A DNA stretch of 64,000 bases from positions 3,665 to 67,664 of the forward strand of contig CACEFI010000001.1 in NCBI GenBank assembly GCA_902558795.1, given 5' to 3'. The position numbers and the translations under genes are program-made. Numbering within the stretch: the first letter of the stretch is position 1; each line of letters begins with the position of its first letter. The notes below the pieces were generated by a model. The model did not search any database, was not told where the DNA came from, and worked only from the letters and a program-made list of their open reading frames with translations. Positions 41,920-52,637 of this stretch are shown piece by piece. Origin of the DNA: an uncultured Pelagibacteraceae bacterium (GTDB taxonomy: Bacteria > Pseudomonadota > Alphaproteobacteria > Pelagibacterales > Pelagibacteraceae).

Positions 41920-42639
41920 TTAAATGACAATCTTCATTTCATTTATTTTTTGTTTAATTTTTTTTAAATCTTCCCATGAATATTTTTTATTTTCTGGAAA
42001 TCTAATTAGATAAGATGGATTATATGATATCATCAAGGGATAGGATTTATTCTTTAATATAATTTCTTTCCATTTTCCTCTTTCAGATGATATTTTGGTA
42101 TTAATTCCTGTTACAGCTTCCATAGCTGAACTTCCCATTAAAATAATAATCTTTGGATCAATAATTGAAATATGTTCTTTTAGGAAAACAGAGTATCTTT
42201 TAATTTCTTGAGCAGTAGGTTTGCGATCCTCAGGAGGTCTAAAATTTATTGCATAACAACAATAAATACTTTGTCTTTTTATTTCAATTGCAAGTAGCAT
42301 TTTATTTAATAATCCTCCTACCTCACCTTTAAATGTTGTGCTGGTTTTATCTTCTTCAGCTCCAGGCGCTTCTCCAATCAACATAATTGGACTATTAATG
42401 TTTCCATCTCCGAGGATAAGATTTTGTGAGTTATCTTTTAAATTACAATTTTCGATTGAATTAATTTGCGTCTTTAACTTTTCTAGCAGTTCGGTTTTAT
42501 TAGTTTGATCGCTATCATTGCTATTTTCAATAATATTAAATCTATTTATCGGCTTATTTTTAAATACAAAATTTGGCTCTATAGTATCTATTAATTGATC
42601 GTCTAATTTGCCTTTTTGATTTATCACTTTTTTAATCAT
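41920..42639 (-). CDS. Uracil-DNA glycosylase family 4-like protein (divergent motifs)
   Basis: MLIGEAPGAEED, F.G..G.LL.KML, NFRPP..R.P, P.II.L.G, NPSYLIR. Confidence 0.82.
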   Translation of the reverse strand: MIKKVINQKGKLDDQLIDTIEPNFVFKNKPINRFNIIENSNDSDQTNKTELLEKLKTQINSIENCNLKDNSQNLILGDGNINSPIMLIGEAPGAEEDKTSTTFKGEVGGLLNKMLLAIEIKRQSIYCCYAINFRPPEDRKPTAQEIKRYSVFLKEHISIIDPKIIILMGSSAMEAVTGINTKISSERGKWKEIILKNKSYPLMISYNPSYLIRFPENKKYSWEDLKKIKQKINEMKIVI

Positions 42640-42650
42640 ACAATGATTTA

Positions 42651-44336
42651 ATGTTTAACAAACTTTTAAAAATACTAGTTGTTTTAGGAATATTCTATCA
42701 GACCCCTTTATATTCTAAAAGTGCTAGTTTTAATGAATTTAATTCAAGAGATTTATCAAATTATTTTTCAGGAATTATTGCGTTTGAAAATAAGGATAAT
42801 TCTGATGCACTAAAATTTTTTAATGCATCTAAAATTCTTCTTAATAAGCATGATGCATATTTAAAACGGTATACTTTTTCTTTAGTTCTAGAAAATAAAG
42901 TTGCTCAGGCTATTAATGCAATCAAAAATAGTAGTAATGATGAAAATTTGGATTTTTTTGAAGCTTATCTACTTTTAATAGCAGATAGTTTAAAAAAGAA
43001 TAATTTAAATCAAGCAGAAAAATACTTAAATTTAAGTTTACAGTTTCAAAATGAAAATAGATTTAATTTAGTAATATTTGAAACACTAAGGCAATATCTT
43101 TACACTTTTAAATATAAAAAAATTTTATTTAACAAAAAAAATTTTGGTAACATCTCTATTATAAATCAAGCATTTCAAAGATGTTATTTAAAAAAAGAAA
43201 ACACCAGATCATCTTTTTTGAACTTAATTAATAATCCTGATGGAGATTATTCAAGATACATATTTTTTTACATCAATTATTTAATTGAAAATAATCAAAT
43301 TGAAGAAGCTAAGGCAATTTCAAATCAGCTTGAATATATAAATTCAACACTTCTTTTATCTCAAAGTAAAAGCTGGATAGATAATAAAAATTTTAAAGAA
43401 TTTAGCAAAATTTTTTCATGCAATAATCACAATGATATTATCAGTGAGTTTTTATTTTTGATTTCCAACTTGCACTCTTCCCAAGATGATATTGAAAAAT
43501 CTAATTTTTATTTAAATCTCTCAAATTATTTGAATCCAAAATTTATTTTAAATTCTTCACTTGTAGCTGAAAACTTTTATCTAAATGAAGAATATGAAAA
43601 GGCTAAAAAAATATTAAAAAACTTTGATAAGAAATATGAATTTTATTATTGGTTTAGATTAAAAAAAGAAGCTCAAATAATTACTAAAGAGAAGGGTTAT
43701 GATGAAGGCATAAATTATTTAAGCTCAAAATTTAGTAAAATCAAAAGTCCAAATAAAAAGATGATTTTTGATATTGCTAATTTTTACAAAAATTCAAAAA
43801 ATTATGAAAAAGCTATTGAATATTATAGTCAAATTATCTCAACCCTAGATGATAGCTCAGAGATTAAATCTGATTTATTATACAGAAGAGGGGGTAGTTA
43901 CGAGAGATTAGGCGATTATCAAAAAGCAGATGAAGATTTAAAATATTCATTAAAAATTTATCCAGATGATGCTTATGTTTTAAATTATTTAGCATATTCA
44001 TGGTTGGAACGTGATTATAAAATTGATGAAGCAATGGAAATGTTGGAAAAAGCATATGCTTTAAGAAGCAATGATCCTTATATTACAGACTCAATAGGGT
44101 GGGCTTATTATTTAATAGAAAATTATATTGAAGCAGAAAAATATATTAAAAAAGCAGTTGAGTTAATGCCTGAGGACCCAACCGTTAATGATCATTATGG
44201 TGATATCTTATGGAAATTAGAAAGAAATATTCAGGCAAGATATTTTTGGAACTATGTCTTAAGTTTAGATGATGCAGATGAAGATATTAAGAAAAAAATA
44301 AACATAAAAATTATAGAAGGTCTTAATAATTCTTAA
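42651..44336 (+). CDS. Exported tetratricopeptide repeat protein
   Basis: Signal-like N-terminus. TPR motifs VLNYLAYSW, ITDSIGWAYY, DHYGDILW. Upstream of ispE. Confidence 0.85.
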   Translation: MFNKLLKILVVLGIFYQTPLYSKSASFNEFNSRDLSNYFSGIIAFENKDNSDALKFFNASKILLNKHDAYLKRYTFSLVLENKVAQAINAIKNSSNDENLDFFEAYLLLIADSLKKNNLNQAEKYLNLSLQFQNENRFNLVIFETLRQYLYTFKYKKILFNKKNFGNISIINQAFQRCYLKKENTRSSFLNLINNPDGDYSRYIFFYINYLIENNQIEEAKAISNQLEYINSTLLLSQSKSWIDNKNFKEFSKIFSCNNHNDIISEFLFLISNLHSSQDDIEKSNFYLNLSNYLNPKFILNSSLVAENFYLNEEYEKAKKILKNFDKKYEFYYWFRLKKEAQIITKEKGYDEGINYLSSKFSKIKSPNKKMIFDIANFYKNSKNYEKAIEYYSQIISTLDDSSEIKSDLLYRRGGSYERLGDYQKADEDLKYSLKIYPDDAYVLNYLAYSWLERDYKIDEAMEMLEKAYALRSNDPYITDSIGWAYYLIENYIEAEKYIKKAVELMPEDPTVNDHYGDILWKLERNIQARYFWNYVLSLDDADEDIKKKINIKIIEGLNNS

Positions 44337-45181
44337 TGAAAACCTATGAATTAAAATCATTTGCTAAAATTAATTTAGCTTTACATGTTACTGGCAAACT
44401 AACCAATCTTCATAAAATTGAAAGTGTAATTAAGTTTATAGATTTACATGACACAATTTCTATAAACGAAATTAATAAAAATAAACACAAGGTTTCTTTC
44501 ATTGGTAATTTTTCCAAAAATATAAAAAAAGATAATACAGTTAATAAATTATTTGAAATTTTAGAAAAAAAAAAAATATTAAATAACAAAAAATTTCAAG
44601 TTAGGATAAAAAAAAATATCCCCCAAGAAGCGGGTCTTGGAGGGGGGTCTATGAATGCAGCTACAATTTTAAATTTTTTAATCAAAAAAAATTTTATCAA
44701 AATTAATCAAAAAAAAGTTTTACAAATTACTAAATTAATTGGTTCAGATGTAATCTTAGGTATTAATCCAATGACTGCAATTTTATCCTCAAATGGCAAA
44801 ATTAAAAAATTTTTCAAAACTCCAAAATTTAATATTTTGCTTGTTCGTCCAAATTTTGGATGTTCTACAAAAAAAATTTATTCAGGTGTAAAAAGATTTG
44901 GTAAACCCCAATTTAATAACCCAAAAAAGAGTATGATGAATTTAAAATCTTTATTAAAATATGAAAATGACCTTGAAAAAGTTGTATTCTCAAAATATCC
45001 AAAACTTAAAATATTAAAATCTTTTTTAGAAAATTTAAACCAACCCTTATTTGTAAGAATGACGGGATCTGGTTCAGTTATGGTAGCGTATTATCAAAAA
45101 AAACAAGATTGCGAATTAGCAAAAGTTAAATTTAAAAGAAAATTTAGAAATTATTGGTGTAATACATCAAAAACTATATAA
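44336..45181 (+). CDS. ispE: 4-diphosphocytidyl-2-C-methyl-D-erythritol kinase
   Basis: AKINLAL, KNIP.EAGLGGGS.NAA, GSDV, MTGSGS. Confidence 0.93.
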   Translation: MKTYELKSFAKINLALHVTGKLTNLHKIESVIKFIDLHDTISINEINKNKHKVSFIGNFSKNIKKDNTVNKLFEILEKKKILNNKKFQVRIKKNIPQEAGLGGGSMNAATILNFLIKKNFIKINQKKVLQITKLIGSDVILGINPMTAILSSNGKIKKFFKTPKFNILLVRPNFGCSTKKIYSGVKRFGKPQFNNPKKSMMNLKSLLKYENDLEKVVFSKYPKLKILKSFLENLNQPLFVRMTGSGSVMVAYYQKKQDCELAKVKFKRKFRNYWCNTSKTI

Positions 45182-45214
45182 ATTTTATTTTTTTGTGTTA
45201 TACGAAAACAAGAT

Positions 45215-45288
45215 TGGGGCGTAGCCAAGTGGTAAGGCACTGGTTTTTGGTACCGGCATCCTAGGTTCGAATCCTAGCGCCCCAGCCA
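45215..45288 (+). tRNA. tRNA-Gln (TTG)
   Basis: Acceptor stem TGGGGCG/CGCCCCA plus G-CCA. D arm GCCAAGTGGTAAGGC. Anticodon arm CTGGT-TT TTG GT-ACCGG. T arm CTAGG-TTCGAAT-CCTAG. Confidence 0.97.
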
Positions 45289-45291
45289 CAT

Positions 45292-46566
45292 ATGGACAAC
45301 TTTTTAGATAAAATTTTTTTTAGATCTCGTAATCTTGATTATATAAGTCAAAATCTTATTGATTTAACTAAACAAACACCTGCCAATAAAATTTTTGAAG
45401 CACTGAACTCATACTCAGATGAGAGCGAAGTTAGATACGTTGGAGGATGTGTAAGAAAGATTATTAAAAAACAAAATATTGACGATATTGATTTGGCTAC
45501 AAATTTAAAACCTAACGAAGTTTGTGATGCTTTAAAGAAAAAAGAAATTAATTATTATGAGACTGGCATTGACCATGGAACTATCACAGCAATAATTGAT
45601 GATAATAAATATGAAATTACTTCTTTGAGAAAAGATATTTCTACAGATGGAAGGCATGCAAAGGTAGAATTTTCTTTGGATTGGAAGGAAGATGCAGCTA
45701 GAAGAGATTTTTCTATAAATTCAATTTATTCAGATAAAGATGGAAATTTGTTTGATCCATATAATGGTAAAAAAGATCTTGAAAGTGGTAACGTTAATTT
45801 TATCGGAGATGCCGAAAACAGAATAAAAGAAGATTATTTGCGTATTCTTAGGTATGTACGATTTTTTATAAATTATTCAAACCAAAGTCATGATCCAAAA
45901 ATAATTAAAATCATTAAAAAAAATATTGATGGCGTTTCAAAATTATCATCAGAGAGATTGATAGATGAATTTAAAAAATTAACAAGATCAAGTGCATTCT
46001 TGAAAATATTTAAAGATGATGTTTGTTTAGAGATCATAAAGATGATTTTTCCTCAATTAAAAAACTTAGACAATTTTAAAAAATTAAATTCTCATACCCA
46101 AGACAATTTATCTAAAGTTGATTTTATTTTTTTATTATCTTTAATGATAGTGGATGGAACAGATAATGCTGATTATTTTATTTATAAATTCAATCTCTCT
46201 AAAAAAGATCAAAAAAGATTAAAATCAATTGATTTTTTTTATAAAGAAAATGTAAATATTAAAAATTTTACTGAAAAGAACTTTAATAAGATTTTTTACT
46301 ATAACGGTAAACAAACTGTACTTGATATTATTAACTTTAAATTATTCACATCTGTTAAAGTTGAAAAAAAATTACTTAAACTAATTGAAATTTATAAAAA
46401 TAAAATTATTCCTACCTTTCCAATAGGTGCAAACATGATAATAACAAAATATAATATTCCTGAGGGTAAAACACTAGGTAACAAGCTTAAGGCGATAGAG
46501 GAAATGTGGGTTCAAAATAATTTTCAAATTTCAGAAAAACAAATTCTAAAGATAATAAAAAGTTAA
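45292..46566 (+). CDS. cca: CCA tRNA nucleotidyltransferase (class II)
   Basis: YVGGCVR, DIDLAT, G..HGT, EITSLR.D...[28 protein letters not shown]. Confidence 0.88.
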   Translation: MDNFLDKIFFRSRNLDYISQNLIDLTKQTPANKIFEALNSYSDESEVRYVGGCVRKIIKKQNIDDIDLATNLKPNEVCDALKKKEINYYETGIDHGTITAIIDDNKYEITSLRKDISTDGRHAKVEFSLDWKEDAARRDFSINSIYSDKDGNLFDPYNGKKDLESGNVNFIGDAENRIKEDYLRILRYVRFFINYSNQSHDPKIIKIIKKNIDGVSKLSSERLIDEFKKLTRSSAFLKIFKDDVCLEIIKMIFPQLKNLDNFKKLNSHTQDNLSKVDFIFLLSLMIVDGTDNADYFIYKFNLSKKDQKRLKSIDFFYKENVNIKNFTEKNFNKIFYYNGKQTVLDIINFKLFTSVKVEKKLLKLIEIYKNKIIPTFPIGANMIITKYNIPEGKTLGNKLKAIEEMWVQNNFQISEKQILKIIKS

Positions 46567-47039
46567 ATATATTTTACGTCTTTTATTTCAAAATTTTTGA
46601 CTCCAGCAGGAGTTGTGATTTCCACTAAATCATTTTTATTTTTTCCAATTAAACCTTTGCCTATTGGCGACTGAAAAAAAATCAGTTTTTGTTTTAAATC
46701 AGCTTCATCTCTTCCAACAATTTTATAGTTAATTTTTTCACCATTATCTAGATTTTCTAAAAATACAGTGGAGCCAAAGATTATTTTACCATCATTGTTT
46801 AACTTTGTAACATCGATGACATTAGCTCTTGCGATAATATCATTGATTTCTGTAATTCTTCCCTCATTGTGAGATTGCTCCTCTTTGGCAGCGTGATATT
46901 CAGCGTTTTCTTTAAGATCCCCATGTGATCTTGCCTCTGCAATTGCAGCTACAATTTCAGGTCTTTTTTTTTCTTTTAAAAAAACTAATTCTTCTTTTAG
47001 TTTATTTAATCCATTCAATGTAATTGGTTCTTTATCCAT
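46563..47039 (-). CDS. greA: Transcription elongation factor GreA
   Basis: [26 protein letters not shown]. Confidence 0.97.
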   Translation of the reverse strand: MDKEPITLNGLNKLKEELVFLKEKKRPEIVAAIAEARSHGDLKENAEYHAAKEEQSHNEGRITEINDIIARANVIDVTKLNNDGKIIFGSTVFLENLDNGEKINYKIVGRDEADLKQKLIFFQSPIGKGLIGKNKNDLVEITTPAGVKNFEIKDVKYI

Positions 47040-47042
47040 TTT

Positions 47043-47870
47043 TTATTTCCATTTAGCAACTGGAGGCAACGACATTAAAATACCTTCTACGTTTCCACTA
47101 GTTTGTAAGCCAAATTTAGTTCCTCGATCATATAATAAGTTAAATTCGGCGTATCTACCTCTTTTAATATACTGCATCTCTTTATCTTTTACAGTCCATT
47201 TTTTTTTAATTTTTTTTTCAATAATATTGTTAAATATCACTTGAAATGTAACTCCAACATCTCTTACAAATTTAAAATCTTCTTCAAAGTTATTTTTTTT
47301 ATAATCAAAAAAAATTCCACCTATTCCTCTTGCTTCATTTCTATGTGGTAAATAGAAATATTCATCACACCATTTTTTATATTTTTTATAATAATTTTTA
47401 TTATGTCGATCACACATTTTTCTTAATGATTGATGAAATATTTTTTTTTCCTTATCATCTTTAATAGCAGGTGTTACATCCATCCCACCACCAAACCAAT
47501 TTTGAGTTGTGCAGATGTATCTAGTATTAAAATGCATTGCTGGAATATGAGGATTTTGCATGTGCATTACTACAGAAATGCCTGAGGCCCAAAATCTTGG
47601 ATCTTTACCAGCTCCAGGAATATTTTTTTGAAATTTTTTTGGAAACTTTCCATAAACTTTTGAAAAATTTACACCTACTTTTTCAAAAACTTTTCCGTTA
47701 GTAATAATTCTATATTCACCACCACCCTCATCTTTTTTTTTATTTCTTTTCCACGAGGTTGATTTAAATTTTACTCTATTTTTTTCTAATCTGCTAATAT
47801 CATCACAGATTGCATTTTGGAGTAGCTTAAACCAATTGCTTGATAAATCTTTTTTAATTTCAATATCCAT
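47043..47870 (-). CDS. hemF: Oxygen-dependent coproporphyrinogen III oxidase
   Basis: FEKVGVNFS, H.N.R, WFGGGMD.TP, RGIGGIFFD, RGRYAEFNLLYDRGTKFGL. Confidence 0.96.
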   Translation of the reverse strand: MDIEIKKDLSSNWFKLLQNAICDDISRLEKNRVKFKSTSWKRNKKKDEGGGEYRIITNGKVFEKVGVNFSKVYGKFPKKFQKNIPGAGKDPRFWASGISVVMHMQNPHIPAMHFNTRYICTTQNWFGGGMDVTPAIKDDKEKKIFHQSLRKMCDRHNKNYYKKYKKWCDEYFYLPHRNEARGIGGIFFDYKKNNFEEDFKFVRDVGVTFQVIFNNIIEKKIKKKWTVKDKEMQYIKRGRYAEFNLLYDRGTKFGLQTSGNVEGILMSLPPVAKWK

Positions 47871-47871
47871 T

Positions 47872-48330
47872 TTATAATAATTTAGTCTGTCTTAAGCTTT
47901 CTGCCAGAACAATTGCAACAGAGGATGCAATATTTAAAGACCTGGCATTTTTATTCATAGGTATTTTTAAACGATCACCAATTGACTGATGGATACTTTC
48001 TGGCACACCAGCACTCTCTCTACCAAATAATATTGTATCATTTTTTTTAAATTTAAACTTTAAGTAGGATATAGAAGCTTTTGTTGTCATGAGTATCACT
48101 CTATGATTCTTTTTTGCCTCAAAAAATTTATCAGCACTTTGATGTATCTCAATTTTATCTAAATCCATGTAATCCATTACCACTCTTTTAAACCTTTTGT
48201 CACTTAGATGAAAACCACATGGCTCAATAATTTCTAGTTTAGCCCCCAAACAAGCGCATGTTCTTATTATTGCTGCCGTATTTTGAGGTATATCTGGTTC
48301 ATACAATGCAATATTAGGTCCCTGGCTCAT
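47872..48330 (-). CDS. trmL: tRNA (cytidine34-2'-O)-methyltransferase
   Basis: LYEPDIPQNT, FGRESAGVP, RSLN (SPOUT). Confidence 0.92.
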   Translation of the reverse strand: MSQGPNIALYEPDIPQNTAAIIRTCACLGAKLEIIEPCGFHLSDKRFKRVVMDYMDLDKIEIHQSADKFFEAKKNHRVILMTTKASISYLKFKFKKNDTILFGRESAGVPESIHQSIGDRLKIPMNKNARSLNIASSVAIVLAESLRQTKLL

Positions 48331-48420
48331 AATTATGTGTCATTCTTTCAGTAGAAAAAAAACTATTATCTTATAAGAAATCGTATATTAAGTAATTTTT
48401 TAACAATAATATTTAAAAAA

Positions 48421-48930
48421 ATGTCAGATAAAAAGCCTAAAAGAAGAGAGTTTCTATTCACTGCATCTTATGCAGTTGGAGCAGTTGGTGTTGGAGCAGT
48501 AACTTGGCCGCTAATAGATCAAATGAATCCAGACGCCTCTGTTAAAGCATTAGCAAGTACAGAAGTTGATGTAAGTTCAGTAAAACCTGGAAATACAATA
48601 ACAGTTCTTTGGAGAGGAAAGCCAGTTTTCATTAGAAGAAGAACTCAAGAAGAAATTTCAGAGGCTAGATCAGTTAAAATGGAAGATTTAATACATCCTG
48701 AAAAAGATGAAGATAGAGCTAAAAATCCTGAGTGGTTAGTTATGCTTGGAGTTTGTACACACCTAGGATGTGTGCCATTAAATGATAAAGGTGACTACGA
48801 TGGATGGTTCTGTCCATGTCATGGTTCACATTATGATACATCTGGCAGAATAAGAAAAGGACCTGCACCTTTAAATATGGAAGTTCCAAAATACGAATTT
48901 GTTAACGCTAATACAATTAAAATCGGATAA
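48421..48930 (+). CDS. petA: Cytochrome bc1 Rieske subunit
   Basis: Tat RREFL, CTHLGC, CPCHGS. Confidence 0.98.
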   Translation: MSDKKPKRREFLFTASYAVGAVGVGAVTWPLIDQMNPDASVKALASTEVDVSSVKPGNTITVLWRGKPVFIRRRTQEEISEARSVKMEDLIHPEKDEDRAKNPEWLVMLGVCTHLGCVPLNDKGDYDGWFCPCHGSHYDTSGRIRKGPAPLNMEVPKYEFVNANTIKIG

Positions 48931-48941
48931 TCAATAATAAT

Positions 48942-50204
48942 ATGAGTGATCACGAATATACACCTTCATCAAAAGTTGGAAAATGGTTTAATGACAGACT
49001 TCCACTTTTAACTTTAGCAAACCACTTAACAGATTATCCTACACCTAAAAATTTAAATTACTGGTGGACATTTGGTGGAATTTTAACTTTTTGTTTAATA
49101 ACTCAGATTGTTACTGGTTTAACACTTGCAATGCATTACATAGCTCATGCTGACATGGCCTTTGAAAGTGTTGAACATATCATGAGAGATGTAAACTATG
49201 GTTGGTTAATTAGATATATTCATGCAAATGGTGCATCGATGTTTTTTTTAGCAGTCTATATTCATATATTTAGGTCTTTATTTTATGGATCGTATAAATC
49301 TCCAAGAGAAATAATTTGGATAATTGGAATAATTATTTATTTGTTGATGATGGCAGCTGCATTTATGGGTTACGTATTACCTTGGGGTCAAATGAGTTTC
49401 TGGGGAGCAACAGTTATCACAAATTTATTTAGCGCAATCCCATTAGTAGGTGAGGGTATAGTTACTTGGTTATGGGGTGGTTACTCAGTAGATAATCCTA
49501 CTTTAACTAGATTTTTTACACTTCATTATTTAATTCCTTTTTTAATTTTAGGATTAGTAGTTTTACACATTTGGGCGCTTCATGTTCCTGGAAACAATAA
49601 TCCTGTTGGAATTGATATCAAAAAACCTTCAAAGGACACAGTACCTTTTCATCCATACATTGTTATTAAAGATGGATTTGCATTACTGATGTTTATGATC
49701 GTTTTTGCTTTTTTTGTTTTTTATTCACCAAATATCTTAGGTCACGCTGATAATTATATTGAAGCCAATCCAATGGTAACGCCTGCTCATATTGTTCCTG
49801 AATGGTATCTATTGCCTTTTTATGCGATTTTGAGATCTGTTCCTGACAAGTTGCTTGGAGTTGTAGCAATGCTTTCAGCTATTTTAATTTTGGCTGTACT
49901 ACCATGGTTAGATACTTCAAAAATAAGATCTGCGGTGTTCAGACCTTTGTATAAACAGTTCTATTGGATACTTGTAGCAGATGTTTTAATTCTAGGATAC
50001 ATGGGAGCTATGCCAGCTGAAGGGCTTTATTTATTAATTGCGAGAGTAGCAACTGCATATTATTTCCTTCACTTCTTAGTAATTTTACCAGTGTTAGGAT
50101 TTAAGGAAAAAACACTGCCAATTCCATTAAGCATTACAGAACCTGTCCTTGGTGGTTCTCCTAATCTAGCTACAGCAAAACATAAAGAGGATATTGTCAA
50201 ATAA
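48942..50204 (+). CDS. petB: Cytochrome b
   Basis: [23 protein letters not shown]. Confidence 0.98.
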   Translation: MSDHEYTPSSKVGKWFNDRLPLLTLANHLTDYPTPKNLNYWWTFGGILTFCLITQIVTGLTLAMHYIAHADMAFESVEHIMRDVNYGWLIRYIHANGASMFFLAVYIHIFRSLFYGSYKSPREIIWIIGIIIYLLMMAAAFMGYVLPWGQMSFWGATVITNLFSAIPLVGEGIVTWLWGGYSVDNPTLTRFFTLHYLIPFLILGLVVLHIWALHVPGNNNPVGIDIKKPSKDTVPFHPYIVIKDGFALLMFMIVFAFFVFYSPNILGHADNYIEANPMVTPAHIVPEWYLLPFYAILRSVPDKLLGVVAMLSAILILAVLPWLDTSKIRSAVFRPLYKQFYWILVADVLILGYMGAMPAEGLYLLIARVATAYYFLHFLVILPVLGFKEKTLPIPLSITEPVLGGSPNLATAKHKEDIVK

Positions 50205-50988
50205 AGTGAAAAATTTAATTAAATTATTATCCGTTTTAGCTTTTATTTCATTAGCTGTAACAACAAGTTCAAATTCTGCTGAAACTACCAAACTTTTAAA
50301 AACTGATTGGAGTTTTAAGGGTTTATTTGGAAAATTTGATAGAGGAGCCTTGCAAAGAGGATATCAGGTTTACACAGAAGTGTGTGCTTCTTGTCATTCA
50401 ATGAAGTATGTGAGTTATAGAAATTTAGGTGAAAAAGGAGGACCAGAGTTCTCTGAGGCCGAAGTTAAGGCTATTGCAGCTTCATTTGAATTAACAGATG
50501 GACCAAATGCAGATGGTGAAATGTTTACCAGACCAGCAAAACCATCAGACAAATTTGTAATGCCGTATGAGAATGTTAAAGCAGCTCAAGCAGCTAATGG
50601 TGGTGCTTATCCTCCAGATATGTCTGTTCTAGTTAAAGCTAGAGGAGGCGGGGTAGATTATATTTATTCTTTACTTCAAGGTTATGAAGATGCACCAAGT
50701 GGAATTACTTTAGATGAAGGTGTTTATTATAACAAATATATGTATGGAAATAAAATCAAGATGGCTGCTCCACTCTCAGACGATTTAATAGAATATGGAG
50801 ATGGAACAAATGCAACAGTTGAACAAATGTCAAAAGATGTCACAACATTTTTAATGTGGGCAGCTGAACCACATTTAGAGTCTAGACACCAAATGGGATT
50901 TAAAGCAATTATTTATTTAATTATTTTAACTGTTTTGGTTTATTTCAGTATGAAAAAAATATGGTCACGTGTTGAATCTGAAGTTTAA
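50194..50988 (+). CDS. petC: Cytochrome c1
   Basis: [28 protein letters not shown]-terminal TM. Start uncertain (TTG 50194 or GTG 50206). Confidence 0.96.
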   Translation: MSNKVKNLIKLLSVLAFISLAVTTSSNSAETTKLLKTDWSFKGLFGKFDRGALQRGYQVYTEVCASCHSMKYVSYRNLGEKGGPEFSEAEVKAIAASFELTDGPNADGEMFTRPAKPSDKFVMPYENVKAAQAANGGAYPPDMSVLVKARGGGVDYIYSLLQGYEDAPSGITLDEGVYYNKYMYGNKIKMAAPLSDDLIEYGDGTNATVEQMSKDVTTFLMWAAEPHLESRHQMGFKAIIYLIILTVLVYFSMKKIWSRVESEV

Positions 50989-52038
50989 TACATCACCATC
51001 TTTAACTATATAATCTTTACCTTCTAGTCTCATCTTACCATTAGTCTTTGAATTGACCCACCCATCATTTGCTACAAAATCTTCATAAGAAACTGTCTCA
51101 GCTCTTATAAAACCTTTTTCAAAATCAGTATGAATTTCTCCAGCAGCTTTAGGAGCTGTACAGTTTTTCTGAATTGTCCATGCTCTTGTTTCCTCTGGAC
51201 CAGATGTGAAATAAGTATCTAATTCTAAAATTTTATAACCTTTTTGTATCAACAAACTCAATCCAGTTTCTTTCAAACCAATCATTTCCATGTAGTTTTT
51301 TCTTTCTGAAGATTCTAGTTCGTTGATTTGATTTTCTATATCAGCTGATACGATTAGTGTATTTTCCTCACCAAATTTTTCTATAAATTTTTTTGTATAT
51401 TGATTACCTTCCTGAACGCTTTGCTCGTCTACATTACATACAAATATTTTTGGTTTTATTGATAATAAACCACTTTGATTGAGTTGTTTGGTTTCAAATT
51501 GAGATTTTAGAATTGAGATATCCTTATCATTATTAATACAATCTAGTGCTACTTCTAATATCTTTAATTGATCTTCATCAACATTTTTTTTGTTGTTTTT
51601 TTCCAATCTTTTTTGAATTGACTCTAAGTCTGCCAACATCATTTCAGTCTCAATTATTTCTAAATCTCTGATGGGGTCTACGGTTGGATTAACATTTTGA
51701 ATGTCATCAGAGTCAAAACATCTTATCATATGGATTATTGCATCAACTTCTCTGATATGAGACAAAAATTTATTACCTAATCCCTCTCCTTTAGATGCTC
51801 CTTTTACTAATCCAGCAATATCTACAAATGAAATAGTAGTGTTTATAATTTTTTTTGATTTTGAAACTTTAGATAAATTATCTAATCTTTCATCAGGCAC
51901 TGGAACAACACCAACATTTGGATCAATTGTACAAAAAGGAAAATTTGCTGCTTGAGCCTTGCTTGAATTTGTTAAAGCATTGAATAGTGTAGACTTACCA
52001 ACATTGGGCAAACCAACAATTCCACATTTAAAGCTCAT
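50965..52038 (-). CDS. ychF: Redox-regulated ATPase YchF
   Basis: GIVGLPNVGKST, FPFCTIDPN, DIAGLVKGAS.GEGLGN, IHTDFEKGFIRAE. Confidence 0.97.
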   Translation of the reverse strand: MSFKCGIVGLPNVGKSTLFNALTNSSKAQAANFPFCTIDPNVGVVPVPDERLDNLSKVSKSKKIINTTISFVDIAGLVKGASKGEGLGNKFLSHIREVDAIIHMIRCFDSDDIQNVNPTVDPIRDLEIIETEMMLADLESIQKRLEKNNKKNVDEDQLKILEVALDCINNDKDISILKSQFETKQLNQSGLLSIKPKIFVCNVDEQSVQEGNQYTKKFIEKFGEENTLIVSADIENQINELESSERKNYMEMIGLKETGLSLLIQKGYKILELDTYFTSGPEETRAWTIQKNCTAPKAAGEIHTDFEKGFIRAETVSYEDFVANDGWVNSKTNGKMRLEGKDYIVKDGDVLNFRFNT

Positions 52039-52601
52039 TATTTATTGTTATTTACGGTGCTAGAAAAAAGATCTAATTTTTTTTCAACTAATATAGAAAT
52101 TGAGTCATTAATATGGTTTGAAATTTTTTCAATTCCTGCCAATTCATCTTCATCAAAATTTTGAAGAACAAAATCTCCAACTTCAATATTTTCTTTTGGT
52201 TTACCAATACCAATTCTCACTCTTGAATAATCTGTACCTATAAATTTATCAATTGATGCAATCCCATTATGCCCTGCACTTGACCCACCAAATTTTGCTT
52301 TAATTTTTCCAAACTCAACATCTAAATCATCATGAAAGACAATTACGTCTTCTGCATCTATTTTAAAATACTCAATAAGCTCTCTAATACAAATTCCAGA
52401 ATTGTTCATAAATGTTAGAGGTTTGATTGCATAAACTTTTTTATCACCAACATTGCCAGTTGTAAGTAGTCCCTTAAATTTTGGTTTTTGTTTTGATAAG
52501 CCAAATTTTTTGTTGATAGAGTCAATAATTTTAAAACCTACATTATGTCTATTATTTTCGCTATCAGGAGTTGGGTTGCCTAAGCCTACAAATAAAAGCA
52601 T
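52038..52601 (-). CDS. pth: Peptidyl-tRNA hydrolase
   Basis: VGLGNP, RHNVG, FMNNSG, HDDLD, GHNG. Confidence 0.96.
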   Translation of the reverse strand: MLLFVGLGNPTPDSENNRHNVGFKIIDSINKKFGLSKQKPKFKGLLTTGNVGDKKVYAIKPLTFMNNSGICIRELIEYFKIDAEDVIVFHDDLDVEFGKIKAKFGGSSAGHNGIASIDKFIGTDYSRVRIGIGKPKENIEVGDFVLQNFDEDELAGIEKISNHINDSISILVEKKLDLFSSTVNNNK

Positions 52602-52637
52602 ATTTTTTTAATGGATAGTATATCTAACTTTGGCAGT

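Noticed and set aside
45215-45288. tRNA-Gln as an integration site for an island or prophage
   Set aside because: No integrase, no duplicated tRNA 3' end seen, and both flanks are core genes.
48331-48420. TCTTATAAGA palindrome in the trmL/petA spacer
   Set aside because: Short AT-rich dyad expected by chance, with no matching regulator motif that I can support.
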